Source of the DNA: Lama guanicoe
Taxonomy: Eukaryota
DNA length: 64,000 nucleotides
Assembly: GCA_013239625.1 (NCBI GenBank)
Contig: MU053559.1
Location: forward strand, 310,001 to 374,000
Direction: 5' to 3'
The notes under the pieces were generated by a model. That model had not been told where the DNA came from. It did not search any database and was given only the letters and a program-made list of their open reading frames with translations. This document shows, in pieces, positions 36,201 through 50,456 of the stretch (position 1 is the stretch's first letter; each line of letters begins with the position of its first letter). The position numbers and the translations under genes were made by a program.

Positions 36201-39200
36201 AGCACAGCCTCTACCAGGCGGCACACGGCCCCAGTGGCCAGCTGCGCGCAGGCGAAGGTGCTGGGGCAGATGTAGATGGAGTCATAGTTGGCACTCTCGC
36301 GGTGCAGCTCCCGGGTTTTCATCTTCTCCGTGGCCCGTAGACGCCCCATGTACTCCGCACTGGAGGCACAGATGGGGGCACTCGTGGGACAGTCAGGTAA
36401 TTTGGTCGCCTCCACATACCAGAGAGGCAAGCCCAGGCTCCAGCCCTTGGGGCGGCTTGTGAGGTCTGAGGCCCCCTCCCACCACAGGCACGGGGATCTG
36501 ACCTGTGGCAGGTGAGCAGCTCAGCATCCGTGGCGGGACGTGCGGGCAGGGCCAGGCAGCGCCTGGCAAGGCCCAGCTCCTCCAGACGGCGCATGATACG
36601 CTGGATGCGCTGAGGCATCTCGGGGTGGTGGCTAGGAGTGCAGGGACCAGAGGCAGGGCTTAGTGCTTGAACGGGGGTCCCCCCACCTCCCACTTAGCCC
36701 GGCTGACTGCATACCTGTCCCACATGCTGTGGTGATCCATCATCTGTTGGTCGTAGACCAGCCCTGTGCGAGCCTGCAGCACTGGCCATGTCAGGATTGG
36801 GAGCTCAGGGGGCTGCCACAGTCCCTCCTCCTCCTTCTCCTCCACATCTTCCTCCTCCACGGTGTCCTCCTCCTCCGGGGTCTCAGCTGCAAGGAGAGGT
36901 CACATTTACCTTCCTCCTATACCCCTACCCTGGGTCCCCGTAATGCTCTGGAACTCAGTTTACCTAAACCTAAAAAGGAGTGGGAGGTCTGAAACCAGGG
37001 CCCAGGGAGAGAGAGGGCCTGACCTTCCCCCACCAAGGGGGCCCAGGAAAGTCAGAGTGGGGCCAGGAAGAGAGTCTCCTCCCCCAGCTCATTCCATACC
37101 CAACCCCCCACCAAGCAGACTCCCTGCCTCCTACCTGATCTCACCAGGACCTCCCAGAAGGGCTCCAGGGCTTCCAGGGCGCAGGAGACAGAAGTCTGGG
37201 CACTGGAGGGCAGGGGGAGGGAAAATGTGACCTAATGACCCCGGAGGGGGCCGTGAATGTCCCGCTTCTCCCCTCCTCCACCTAGGCTCACCTCCGGCAG
37301 GGGGCGCCCGGGAACTCCAGCATGGGACAAGGGTCTCCCAGAAGGGTGTGGAGCGAGGCACTGACGCCTTCAGCCAGGGAGCGGAGGTTGTAGCCACCCT
37401 GGGAGGAGGTGTGAGGGAGGTCAGGAAAGAACCAGACATGACAAAGGAAGAGTAGTGATGATGCTAGGGTGCCGACTACATGTCAAGCAACAAGGCACCT
37501 GAAGGGTGACTTCATTTTGTTTACTGAACAATGAGGTGATTACCACTATTATGTTGCCCGCTTTCCATAAGGAAAGCAGAGGCACAAGGAAGTTGAATGA
37601 CTTAGGTGAAGTTGTCCAGCCAGTAAGTGGAAAAGCTGGGACAGGAACTCCTGCCAGATGTGGAAGTCTTGTTCTTACGTCTTTCAGGATCCCCAGGCCG
37701 AGAGATGAAGTGAGACACTCACCTCCAGCGAGAGGATCAGCTTGCCTCCTGCCAGACCCATGAGTAGGTGGGTCAGCTGGGCGAACCCTGCCGGAGTGGC
37801 GGCCATTTCGCCCTGGGGGGTGACGTGGAGGGTCAGCTTGGCACTGTGCAACCACCTTTTGCCCATCTGCCATCCCCGTGAGCCTGCCTTACCTTGGGGT
37901 CCCCTTGGAGGGCATCAAAACCAGCAGCTACCAGGACCAGCTGTGGCTGGAACTGAAGGGGTAAGGAACTATATGAGGACACCTGCCCTCATGGCCCATC
38001 CCTCATCACCCCTGCCCCAGAATACCCCAGACCCCCAGGACCTCAAGGGCAACTGGCAGCAGGACGTGCAGGAAAGCGGCAATATAGTCAGCATCTCGCA
38101 TCCCCACCTGCAGACAGAGGGGCATGATGGGGATGTCCTGCCATCAGCCCTGAACTGGCTGAAGGGCAGGGATGGGCCTCACTTTGGGGGCTAAGGGTGG
38201 ACAGAAACTGACCTGGTTCCAAGGCACATTGATGGTGTATCCCTGGCCTTGGCCAAAACCTGTGGTGGACCAGTCAGAGGCCTTAAGGTGAGGCCAGAAC
38301 CTACCCTGCTCATAGCGGTGGATGGAGAAATAGAGGACGCTGGAGGCAGAAGAAAAAAAGAAGTGGGGGTTGAGGAGAGAGTCAATCCCTCCCTAGACAC
38401 ACCCAACCCATAACTACCAGTTTACTCAACCACTCATTCTCTCATTAATTTCCCCATGAATTCTCTAATTCACCCATTCATTCATTCATTCTTCCATCCA
38501 GTTGCCAACTTATTCATCTTCTCATTCATTAATGCCTCCATTTATTTATCCATCACCTTACTCGTTCATTCATTTGGTCTCTTACTGAAACTCCTCCCTC
38601 AGTAAACACTGTTACCCCCTGCCTCGGTGCCCACCCGGTTCAAGCTCTGAGATCCTGAGAACTATCAGGTCTCTCCCACCCCCTAGGGCTCCTGACCCCA
38701 TGGGGGACTCGAGGTCATGCCTGACCACCCACCTGCCCCTGTGACCCAGGTGGTGACAGCAGGACAAGCACTATGACGTTGGAAGCCCACAGGGGCATGT
38801 GGCTCTTAGTTGGCAGGAACCAGCTAAGACTGAAAAGAATGTCAGGCCAGGCCAGGAACCTTACTGTTTCCCCTGAAGGAAGTAGGGAGACTCAGGGTCT
38901 AGGGGTTAGGAGGGGTGGGACTTGGCTCTATATTTGGAGCTGGACTGGGGATGCTGACTGGGGCTCCATGAGGCCAGTGAGGGGGCAATTCCTTCTCCCC
39001 AGTACCATGCAGGCCACCTATAAATACTACTTCTATTTTCTAGGTGAGAAATTGAACACTCAGAGCAGTGAGGGGCACTGTCACAAAGAACAGATACTGA
39101 AAAGACACGATGGTATATGTTCCAAAAGTAAGCCCAGTAGGAGGGCTTGATTCTGACTGAGGCAATCAAAGTGAATAATCTCTCATCCACCCATCCATCC

Positions 39201-42200
39201 ATCCATTTGTTCATCCACCCCCTTTCTTGTTCCAGAAAGGATTTAGGGCAGCATTTTTTTTCTTTTTTAGGGAAATGCAAGAAATAGTGGTAAGCAACGG
39301 ATCTAGACAAACCTAATAGTCACATTTTAATAAATACTGATAATGTAGCTGTGAAATTAAACACAATTGACATAAAAGCAATTTTGAAATTGAAGAAAAT
39401 TCTTGGAATTGGGAAATGAAATCCATGTGAAAGCTCTGGTCTTGAGTAGATGGGAGATGACTGTTTTACCTTTGACTCTGATAGATAAAACCCACAATAG
39501 ACTGTAAAGATCATCACCAGGGAAAGAAAGGAATAAAGAGAAAACCTGAAGACAGTCTACTCAACAAGAAAGCCACCAGAATCAACAACCAGAACTAATA
39601 CCCAAGGAAACTAAGTTTATAAAGCACACAGAAGGAGATCTTAAAATAAGTTCAACTGACTTCAAGTGAAAGAATGGTGAACTGACAGCACAGGTTTACC
39701 GCCTCACTCTCCCACAATCCTAGCGGAATTTAAAGGAATTTTAAACAAGTTATCAACTCAGAAAGACGGAGACAGGAGAAGGGATGTCAGACAATTAGAG
39801 ACTTCAACAATCTCTGGAAAGTAGTCTGAGGCTCCTGGGGCCCCAGGGTGCCCTTTCCCATGCTGAGCAGGTTGGGGAGGGTACCCAAGATGATCTGAGG
39901 TTTCCCTTCTGGAGAAATCAAGCAAAGATCCAGGTCAATGCATACAAAATCAATTCTGAGTAGCCAATTCACTAAATTTATTTGTTCCTTTTCTTTTTTT
40001 TTTTAAATTTATGGGTGATGTTTTAAAAAATATTTTATTTATTATTGTATTATTTTATTTTGGTGGGGGGAGTAATTAGGCTTATTTATTTTTACAGGAG
40101 GTACTAAGGATTGAACCCAGGACCTCGTGCATGCTAAGCATGTGCTCTACCACTTGAGCTATACCCTCCCACTACTTGTTCCTTTTCACTACTTAGCTTT
40201 AGTTTACCTGTTTTCCTTCATAATAGTACTTTAAGGACTATTCAATTTGTCTCCACCTCAGGACCCTGCTGATGGAGTTAAGAGACTGAGAGATGGGGAG
40301 CTGGAAGGTTGAAGGGCATGGATAATTTTTTTTCATTTATACATTCTTATTCACAGGGAAGAATGCACTGAATATATTCACAATTCTCCATATTAATGCA
40401 TATAGTCAGTAATATATCCACAAAAGAACACAGCTATTGCCTCCAATACATTTATTAAAACAAAAAGAATGATTAATGATATTAAGGAATTATCGTTAAT
40501 TTTATTAAGCATGATACCATGGTTATGCTTTTTTTGTATAAAACAAGTCCTACATTTTAGAGATATATTCTGGAATATTTACAGAAGAAATGATACAGTA
40601 TCTGGGATTAACTTCAACATAATACAGGAGGGCAGCAGTGACAGCAGGTATAGATAAAATAAGATTGGCCAATGAGCTGATAAATGTTGAAGCAGTCAAT
40701 TCAAGAAGCTAGAAATGACCAAAATAAAGAACATAAGAAGAAGAAACTTAAAAAGATAAAAACAGAAAAAATAATGAATATAAAGAATAAACAATAAAAC
40801 AGTAGAGATGACCAAAAAAGCAGAAAGCCAGATTTGAAAAGATAAGTAAAATAGACAAACCTCTGGCAAGGCTGAGGGTAGAAAAAAAAAAGAGGTCACC
40901 CCGGAAAGAGACCCCCTTTTTTCTGGCATTTGGCAAGATCTCATCTCCCTTGCCCACTCTCCCTAAAGTTGTGACCTGTCAGTGGACATTTCCTGCCCCC
41001 ATCCCAAGGAAGTGCCTTTTAGGAATAGACCTACATGAACCACAGCAGAGCAGCCTCAGGACAGCCACCTGCAACAGCGCTTTGTTCTTAGGTTTAAATG
41101 GCCAAATAAAAATCCCTAGACATTTGAGAAAAACCACGAGTATGACAGAGAAGGACCAAGAAGAAACCAGTTCAGCCAGCCCCAGAATAAAAAGGCAATT
41201 CAGAGAACAGAAGAAATTTAACTCTTCTAATTAGTACTCTATAAAAACAGTATCAGGAATGAGAGGGCACAGACATAGAGAGGAAGAAAGCGCTCTTGGA
41301 GATTAAAAGAATGCATAAATACATCATTCAGCAGAAGGGCTGGAAGGTCAAGTTGAGGAAATCTCTCAGGACACAGAGCAAAGGGAGAAAGAGACAGAAG
41401 ACATGAGAGAAAAAACAAGAGACATAGAGGATCAACCCAGGAAGTCTAACATCTGACTAACAAGGAGAGGCCAGAGAGAACACAGCAGAAGAAATCATCA
41501 AAGATCTAACAGAAGAAAGCTTCTGAGGATTTAAGAGAGGTGTAAAATATTTATCACTGGTAAGCAGAATGAAGAGGTGGGGTGAAAATTCATAACACCA
41601 GGGATAAAGAGAAGAACTTAAAACCTTCCAGAGAGGAAAATACATTGAAAAGAAATTAAAATCAGACTGATACATAGACATCTATCAGCAACATGGAATG
41701 CTGGAAAATAATAAAGCAATGTTTAGAGACCAACCAACCTAAATTAGAATGGGCCATAGGAGCTCAGTTACTATGGGGAAAAGTAGAATGAATGCAGTCG
41801 ATTCAATAAAAGGCTGGACAAAACAACAACTGTTTAGCAGTGTCCTCAGTTGACAAGGACTGGCTCAATTACTTCCCTCTTTTTGGAGGGAAGTCTGGCA
41901 GTAGATCCCAGACTTTAAAGCACACTGACCCTCTGATGAATTGGAAATCCATCCTATAGATATACTCAGAGAAGTATAAAATCATATATTTACCAGACTA
42001 TTTACTGTAGAATTGTCTGTAATAGCAAAAACTGTAAGTGTCCTGGGTTTAAATGACCAGAGGTATAGCCATACAAGGGAACACAGTACAGCCCTTACAA
42101 AGAACACAACGCTTTTCAGAGGCACTAACATGGAGAGGTCCACACCATGCTGTTAAATGTAAAAAGCAAGTTGCTGAAGAACATGTAGTGGCAGTGTGTT

Positions 42201-45200
42201 AATAACAATAATGATAATGATGACTATTCATACATCTACAGGAAAAATTCTGTAAGGATATCACAAACTATCAACAGGCATTTTTGAGGTGATGGGAATT
42301 GCAGAAGACCCACTACTTTAGACATTTCTATATTATTTAATTTTTAAAACAAATAATTTGCAGTATCGTCATAATCAGAAAAAGTAAAGTAGTAATTCAA
42401 GTTTCACTCCAGCTCCAGGGCAAATTGGTGAACAAGATCTCTAAATATTTGTGGGCTCAAATCTTGTCTCTTCAATTTCTCTGTGACCTCTTAACCTGTA
42501 AGCCTCAGTTCCCCCATCTGTAAAATGGGGAACCCAATAGTCCTTGCCTCTGTGTAAAATTAGGAGAGATAGCAGACAAACAGAGAGCAGCACAGAGTCT
42601 GTTCCCAGGGCAGGTCCAACAAATGTCAATGCCTTCGCTTCCCTCCCAGGCCCCTTTTGGCTGGGCCTGGAAAGGTTGGGGGTGGCTAGGAGCCTAGCAT
42701 CGAGGCGGGTACTTGTGGCATACCTGGGGTCTTGGTCAAAAGTGAACTGTGTCCCTTGACCATGGTGTACATCCCAATCCACGATAAGGACCCTGTGAGT
42801 GGGAGAGAGGGGGACACTCTGTAAGAAGATCAAGGTGCATCGGGGGGAAACTTCCAAATCAGGATACCCCACCTCGTGCCACCCTCATTACACCCGCCCT
42901 GCTGCTTGCTGCTGACCTCTGAATGTCATGCTTCTGTTGAGCATAGCGGGCAGCCACGGCTACGTGGTTGAACATGCAATACCCATCCATAAGACTGTGC
43001 TGGGCATGGTGTCCAGGAGGTCTGGGCAGGACAGGGAAGGCGACAGATTGAGTGGAGGGGAGGGTCCTCCTCTGCAGAGATGGACTCTTCCCTGCTCTCT
43101 AATCCTGGACCACCAACTCCCCCAGTACCGATGCCTGCAAATCTGCCAGGAACTAAGTAATTAGGGCCATCAGACCCTCATCCCCACTCTAGTCCTCTCT
43201 CCAAAGGAAATTTGATAATGCTCGTTGAAATTAGCAATGCATACACCCTCTGACCAAGTCCTTCTGCTCCTGGGGACTTAGTCCACAACCTATATAACAA
43301 AAAGGGTGAAATAACATATTTATAAATGGATGATATTTGCTGCAGTATTTTTTGGAAACAGCAAATGACTGGAGATAACCAAAATGCCCAATGGTAGGGG
43401 GGCTGCTTAACTTACTCTACATTTGGACAATGGTAATCTACGTGGGTCTAAGCTAGACACTGTTAAGAGAAAAGCTTTCCAAGATGTATAAGTGAAAAAT
43501 GAACGGTAAAGAAGGGAGTATGTCCGGTGCTACCACCATTTGTGGCCAAAAATGGGGGAGGGGAGGAGAAAAGCTATATCCTTTGCATTTCATCACTTGT
43601 GGGATGCCAATGATGATAAGCTGTACTATGATTTTACATGCCAACAACAAAACAGAAAATGCTGCCAAAGGAATTCTGAGACACCGTTGTTTATAAGACA
43701 CATCTGGATTTCAAGATGTTATAAATAGGAAAAAATATACATCTTAGAATCAACAAAATATGGTATTTAGTCAATGAATAGGCCCAGACTATTCCTGGGA
43801 GGACACGAGTTGTTGGTTACAGTGACTACCTCCAGGAGAGGAAGCAGGTGTCTAGAGAAAGGGGTGGGGAGGACTTTTACTTGTACCCGTCCCCCAGCCT
43901 TTTTTAACATTTGATTCTCATACCATGTGAATATACTACCCATACTATTACCTTTTACATTTGAGAAAGGAATTTTTCTTAATGTAAAAAGCCAAATGCT
44001 ATTGGGTCCTACCTGATGATAGCCATACCATTCCGGATCTCAGCCCCCAGGACTGCATCCACCAGCCTGAGGACGGAGCCTGAGGCCAGGCAGGCACAGG
44101 TGTATGAGTTCTGGAGAGACAGTGGGGAGCCACAGAGGGAGTGAGGGAGAGAGCAGCCCTACCCACTCAGCTGCTCCCCCCAGGGTGTGATGGATGTGGG
44201 AATAGGGGACCCTAGGATTGCCACCACCCTCTGCCCTCACAGTTCTCATCCATACCGGATGCAGATAAACTGAGTCATAGGTGTCTGCTAGGCCGCGGAG
44301 TTCCCCCTCATTCATGTACTGGGTTGTCTCCATCAGATCAATGTATTCTAGGCTGGGGACACACACAGGGGATGAGAGTCAAGGGCCTGTCCCCCTCCTT
44401 GGCCCTGAGCTAGGGCCCTATCCTGTTCCCAGCTGAGTCCTCCACGCACGAGACCTTTGGACAAATCAGGCCTCCCCAGTGGTCAACCCGGGGGACTAGC
44501 TGGGATACAGGACACACTCCCTGTTCCTTCCGTAGCCTGCCTCATTTCCAGTGATATCCCTTGCCCTCTGCTCTGTCCACACTAAATCTTACCTCCAGGC
44601 CTCTGGCCAGACTGTTCCAGCTGTCTGTACCTCCCCTTCCCTCAGCCTTCCTCTTCATCTGACTCTTTCTCTTCTTAAAGCTCAGCTCTGATACCCATAC
44701 TGCCAAGTTAACTTTCCTTGAGCCATTCCACACCCAGCCTCTTACTCTTGGGTTCCTGCAGCCCCGTTGGGGGGACCTCCTGATCACTCTTTCCACATAT
44801 TACCATCTGTTCACACACCAGATTATAACAACAAAGTGCAGCAGGGGCTGATGATATATATGTCTGTCAGGCACCATTCTAAGCAGCCATATATCAAACC
44901 CTCCTGAGGAACTTATGTTTACTAGCTCCCAGGTTACAGGCGATGACACTGAGATTCAGAGAGGCTCAGTGACTTGCCCAAGGCAAGTCAGAGTCTGCAA
45001 CATTCCTTCCCAAAGCCTCCAGCCTGCCCTGGTTGGCCCAGGGAAGCCTCCTCCCCATTCCTACAAGGCTCCCAAGCCTTCACCTGTGAACCAACATCAG
45101 CTCCTCCTTTTCGGCGAACCGGGCCTGGGGAGACATGAGGAATAAAGGGCTAAGGCTCTGGCTCCGGCTGTACTCAGGTCCTGCCAGCTGCCGCCCTCCA

Positions 45201-47943
45201 CCCCGGGTGTCGGCTGGGGGGACTCACCTGAAAGGACACGCAGCGGTCCAGGAGGCCCTCCTGGATCAGCTGCTCCTTGATGGCATGGAGCCGCTCGGGG
45301 CCTTCAGGGAAGCTGGGTAGACAGAGATACAGATACAGATGTAGATACAGATATACGTGTATGACACGGGTGAGAACCACATCTGCTCCTGCACATCTTC
45401 CCCATCCACCTTCCCACAGGGGATGATGCCAAAAACTTTGGAGTAATCCCTGGCACCTGTTGGCCCCATTCTCACAATATATCCAGAGCCTGCTCCCTCC
45501 TTGTCACCTCCACTGCTGCTACCATAATCTCTCGCCTGGGCTGTTGCACTCAGCTCCTCACTGGCCTCCCTGCTTCTGCCCTTGCTCCCCTCATAGTCCT
45601 TTCTCTGCATGGCTGGCAGACATCGGTTAAAACTCAAATCAGATCATGTCTCTCCTCTATTCAAAAGCTTCTCATGGCTCCCATCTCATTCAGAGTAAAA
45701 GCAAAGGTCTTCTCCATGCCCCAGAAGGCTCTTAACGATCTGCCTCATCACCTCTCTGACCCCTATCTCCTACTGCTCTCGCTCTCCCTCACTCTGCTTC
45801 TCCTACACAGGTCTCCTCCCTGTTCTGCAATCAAGCCACGTACGTTTCAGCGACCCCTTCTCCCTGCCTAGAACACTCTTCTCCCAGATGTCTCCAGCGC
45901 TCATTCCCCACCTCTTTCCAATCCCTGCTCAAATAGCAAGGCCTTCCCTGACCATCCTATTTAAAACTGAAGCATCCCTTACACTGCACTTCCTGCTACT
46001 CTCCCTCCTGCTTCAGTGTTTCTCCACGGCACCTCTCTTTCACACATGCTATATCATGTACTTTTTCTTTGTTTGTTTACTGTTTGTCTTTCTCCTCTAA
46101 AATGTCATCTCCACGAAGACAGGCATTGGTTTTGTTTAGTGCTGTGTTCCTAGCACCTCAGGAGATGGCAGATATGTATGTATTCAATAATGAAGTCTTT
46201 TGGGGGGAGGGTATAGCTCAGTGGTAGAGCGCATGCTTAGCATGCATTAGTTCCTGGGTTCAATCCCCAGTACCTCCTCTGAAAATAAATAAATAAATCT
46301 AATTACTTTACCCCTTACCAAAAAAAAAAAAAGTAATGACGTCTTTGGCCATCCTGAGTCTTCCACTGGGATAGGGGAGATAGATACTAAACTGGTAAAC
46401 GTATAAATATAATAACGGACAAACAATGACGTGAGCTAGAAATATACCAAAGCTCAGGTGTGGGGGAAGGGGAGTGGTCAGGGAAAGCCCTCTCTGAGAG
46501 TCTCCTTGAGATGTGATGTTAACTGGGAGAGGAAACGGTGAAAACGAATCTCTGGAAAAGGGACTGGCCAGGGTAAAGACCTGAGATGAGAGAGTGCCTG
46601 GCAGCAAGGGGACCAGGGTGCGTGAAGTGAAGTGAAGCGAAGCAAATGAGGGGGAGGACTGGCTGCTGAGGTCACCAAGGTGATATGGAGCCAGATCACG
46701 TGGAACCTTCAAGGCCAGGGTAAAGAATTTGAACTTTACCTTCAGGGCAACAGTCTGCCCTTGAAGGATTTTGAGAGAGAGAATATCATCTTGTACATTT
46801 TTTTTTAGGCTGTTGAGTGGAAAACAGGTAGCAGGGGTGAGGGTGGAAGCAGGGAGGCCTCTGCATGTCTAGGTAAGTGATGATGGTGGTGGCAGTGGAG
46901 GTGGCGAGGAGAGGTCAGATAATGAACACATTTTGAACACAGAGCCAAAAGAATTTGCTGATGGATTATAACGTGTGACCAAATGGGAGATGTAATTCTT
47001 CCGTTTCAGCACAGACGTCCCTTCTTCAAGGAAGCCTTCTGGGAACCCTGGATGCTAATCTTGGGTCCTCTATTAAACACCCTTGAATCCCCGTTTTAAG
47101 CCCTCCTTCATTAAACACCTAACACTGCTGATGGCTGTTTAATGACCTGCTCTCCTACTCATCTGTCAGCTCCTTGAAAAGGAACCCTGTCTGTCTTGTC
47201 AGACACATCTGTATCACCATCTCCTGGCATACAGTAGGCCCTCAATAAATGTTTGCTGGCTAAATGAAAAGAACCCTTTCAAGCTTCAGCTCCATCTGCC
47301 TAAATCATCTGCTTCCAGTTTCTAGGCTAGAGTAAGAAGGATTTGTTTTTGCTAATGGGCTCTAAGTGTGTATATTTATGTGGTATGGGTATGGCCTGGA
47401 GGAGCCAGCCTCACCTGTCATCCCAGAGGCAGTGGAATTCATTGAGCTGCTCATCAAACACCAAGCCAGTGCCAAACAGTGTCCTGGCCTCAAGGTTCAG
47501 ATCCTGCAGGGAAAAAAAAATGGGAGAAACTGATGCATTTTGGACCTGAGTCAAAAGGAACATCCCACAGTGTCCAGGATGGAGAACCTCAGGGTTTTGA
47601 TTGTCATAGGAGGCTACATTGTGGCCAGGCCTCTCTCACCAGTCCTTGCAGCCCCACGATTAGGTCTTGCTCAGCTGCTTGGTTAAGCTTCTTCATTCTG
47701 CCTTTCTTCTTTACCTCCGCTAGATTAGGGCTGGAGCGGAGTGCAGCACCCTTCTTAACACCTCGCTTCTGCCAAACAGAGAAGGGTTAGAGTCCAGTGC
47801 ATGGCTTGCTGCCCCCCCTCCCCCTCATCTGGGCTTCTCTGGGGCCTCACCAAGGTGACGCTGGAATCGTGGGGGGGCGAGTGGGGGCTGTGCCTACTCC
47901 TTCGCGGCCTGGTTGTGGTGGGATCCTGGCCAGTGGAGGTCAT
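30201..47943 (-). CDS. HDAC6: Histone deacetylase 6, 28 coding exons, 1125 aa
   Basis: Exons in transcript order: 47943-47851, 47768-47640, 47503-47415, 45312-45228, 45124-45084, 44352-44256, 44110-44013, 43021-42917, 42792-42724, 38339-38213, 38107-38042, 37952-37893, 37812-37723, 37398-37292, 37202-37135, 36886-36715, 36631-36503, 36359-36191, 35859-35726, 35208-35140, 35049-34857, 33460-33311, 31864-31690, 31579-31167, 31082-30978, 30845-30699, 30602-30474, 30269-30201. All are GT-AG; the 3378 nt total is in frame. Two deacetylase domains (RPPGHH, DWDVHHG and LEGGY in each) and a ZnF-UBP domain ([14 protein letters not shown]) are present. Confidence 0.97.
32910..33170. mobile_element. MIR
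   Basis: Core words ctggagtcaggctgcctgggttca...gcctcagtttcc. Further MIR pieces lie near 32330-32580, 42480-42640 and 49430-49600. Confidence 0.7.
39480..42400 (+). mobile_element. Old L1 fragments in the large HDAC6 intron
   Basis: A-rich ORF1/ORF2-like and 3'UTR-like L1 words. Confidence 0.55.
40020..40170 (-). mobile_element. vic-1-like SINE
   Basis: Antisense tRNA-Ala-like head and T-rich tail. Confidence 0.8.
45380..46980. mobile_element. L2 fragments in both orientations in an HDAC6 intron
   Basis: tcagatcatgtctctcctctattcaaaagctt...cagagtaaaagcaaaggtc is an L2 3' end; an antisense L2 follows after 46340. Confidence 0.65.
46202..46333 (+). mobile_element. vic-1-like SINE
   Basis: Near-complete head plus poly(A); flanks aatgaagtcttt / aatgacgtcttt. 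Confidence 0.85.
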
Positions 47944-48399
47944 GGCTGGGGAGACTTCACCCCTGGCGCGGTTCTGGGAGGTGGGGTGGAGGTGACTGTG
48001 TAGGGGCCCGAGTGCCCTGAGGATCCCACATCCCAGCCCCTTCCCAGGCCCCGCCCCCTTTGCTAGTCTCCATCCCTTATGCTGTCTATTCCCCACCGCC
48101 TTCTAAACTCCGCCTCTCAAGGCTCTCTCCTTCCAACGGGATGTCCATTCCATCTGGTTCCGCCCATTTCACTAGGCTCCACCCCCTTAACACTATTCTT
48201 TTCCCTTTCAAAATCTTGCCCTTTCAAAGAGCAAACTAACTCCCTGGTTCAGTCCGTTCTAGAGCCTGCCCTTTCCAGCTAATCACCGCCCCTTCCGCTC
48301 TATCAAGCCCCATTCCCAGACCCTTCCATTCCTCAAAGCCTCGCCCAGACCCCACCCCTTCGCAAACCTGCCCTTTCCAGCCAATCTCCCGGGATTATC

Positions 48400-49260
48400 A
48401 CCCACCCTTTCACTCAGCCAGACCCAGCCCGGGCCCCGACTCCACCCTTAACGACCCACTTAACTCCACCCCTTATCGGGCCGGACCGGCACCTTCCACT
48501 TGGCTAGATCCCGCCCCCAACGTTTCAAGGAGCCCAGCTCCTCAGGAGACTGCCCCTTTCCTCCCACCAGGCCCCACCCCCTGCCCAGGTCCCACCCCTA
48601 ACGCTTCACCAAGTCCCTTCAGCCAGTTCCGAACCGCCTCCCGCCAGCCCCTCCCCCCTTCCCGGCCCCGCCGTCGACGCCGACCAATCCCTTCACACAC
48701 TGGGCGCAGCCCCTTTCTCGAACTCCGCCCTTGTCTTGCGCTGCCAAATTCCCGACGACCTTTCGCGCCGCTGGTGCTTGAGCTCCGCTTTTCCATTGGG
48801 CTGGGTCCCTTCACAGCCCGCCCCGATACCGCCCACACTGGGGAGCCTGCCTCAGGACCACACCTCCGGCAAACTGACAAACGGCGCGCCGGCACGTCTG
48901 TCGTCAACGCGCGACGCGGGCCGTGCTGCGCCTGCGTGAAGCGCCTGCGTGACGCGCCCGCCGGCGGCTCGACGCGGCGCTCGGGCTCAAGCTCGCCCCT
49001 CCCCCAACCACCGCGGCTGTCGTCCAGGCGGCCAAGGCCGCCGTCCCTCCGTCCTTGTCCAGTCATCTTAGGAGCCCTCCGGACCCCCGCCAACTGTACC
49101 GTGCGATGACTCGAGTGCACGCAAGCAAGCGAGGGAGTTAGGAAGGGGCGTCTTCTCCCGGTGGCTTCCCGCGCGACGCGCCGTTATGACGTAGCGCGGG
49201 CGGGCTGGTGGCTGGGCCCGGAGCTGGGTGGAAACTGGATGAGGCTGGTGGCGGCCAGAA
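48400..49260. promoter_or_regulatory. HDAC6: HDAC6 CpG-island promoter with non-coding first exon(s)
   Basis: CpG-dense, with GC boxes, CCAAT motifs (~48683, ~48795) and a CRE-like TGACGT (~49187). Candidate donor GAAG|GTGCCG at 48493; the acceptor of the first coding exon is at 47973. Confidence 0.75.
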
Positions 49261-50187
49261 TGGGAGTGGTGATGATGATAAATGTGAGGATTTTCTTGAG
49301 TTCATATTCACTAAGGTGGTACACAGGAAGCACTCACCAAACGTTAGCTATTAATATCCTGCCGCGAAAACGGATGGCGGAGCGGAAGGGTTCTTAGTAG
49401 GGGCAAGGAATTGTGATGATAGCAAGTATTGTGTGACAGGCATTGAGTAAGCCACAATTCTATGAGGTAGTTCTCATTATTAAGGCTGCTTTGCAGATAA
49501 GGAAACTGAGGTTACGCGACTTAGCCATGTGACCTTGGGCAAGTTACTGAACATTTCTGTGCTTCAGTTTCCTCATCTGGAAAACTGTGATAATAGTGCC
49601 GAGGGCCAGAATGGACCTCGGGAAGAGGTTTTTTTGGGCCGAAGCTCTCCCTCTCGGCCTCCTCCACCGAAAAACCTCTGCTCCCAAGCTGTAATAGAAA
49701 GTGTGTGCCTGGAGGATTAACCCCACGCGCGTCCCCCAACTCCCTCCCACCCCGTGTCTAAATGTCTAAGTATCAGCCCCACAGGAGGCTGGTTTGTCCT
49801 CCTAATCTCCCTCTCTCATTCTTCACCATTTCCTACCGGGCTGTAGGCTGGGGCGGGAGAGATAAGCGGTCTGGGGTTCAGCATCGCTGACTAACCAACA
49901 GATTGACAGCCCTGCCACCCAGTAGCTGGGCCTGCTGACCCTATTGCAAACCCCAGTTCCAGCCTTTTCTTCCCTTCCACTCTTTTCCTACCTGAACATG
50001 TCTTTTGTCCCAGTGGAAGAGGGTCACAACCTTTAAACGTTTACATACACCAAAAAAGTACATGTACAATGATAAACACTGAGGAACATTCTGAGGTTGT
50101 GATGCTAGCAGAGTGAAAGAGTAGGGGAGTCTTATAAGGGCCAAGGCCCATTTTTTCTGTATAGTCAGAAGAGAGGTTCCTATAGAG

Positions 50188-50456
50188 CAGAGGTGGGCAA
50201 ACTTTTTCTATGAAGGGCCAGATAGTAAATATTTTAGGCTTTGCAGGCCACATCTGGCCTCTGGCATTTTCTTTCTTTCCTTCCTTTTTCTTTTCCTTTC
50301 TTTTGTTTGCCATTCTTTTCCTTCTTCCTTCCCTTCCCTCCGCTCCCTCCCCTTCTTTCCCTTCCCTTCCCTTTCTTTTCTTTCTTTCTCTTTAAAAAAG
50401 TAAAAACAGGCTACAGTTTGGCTTTTGGCTTGAAGGCCATAGTTTGCTGATCCCCA
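50188..50456. mobile_element. MER58-like hAT-Charlie DNA transposon
   Basis: Imperfect TIRs (cagaggtgggcaaact / agtttgctgatcccca) and an 8-bp TSD ctatagag/ctgtagag at 50180-50187 and 50457-50464. It contains a TTCC-rich microsatellite. Confidence 0.75.

Noticed and set aside
46202..46280. Apparent tRNA-Ala(AGC) genes here and at ~17 similar loci
   Set aside because: They carry SINE tails, many have TSDs, and stems are mismatched. They are tRNA-derived SINEs, not tRNA genes.
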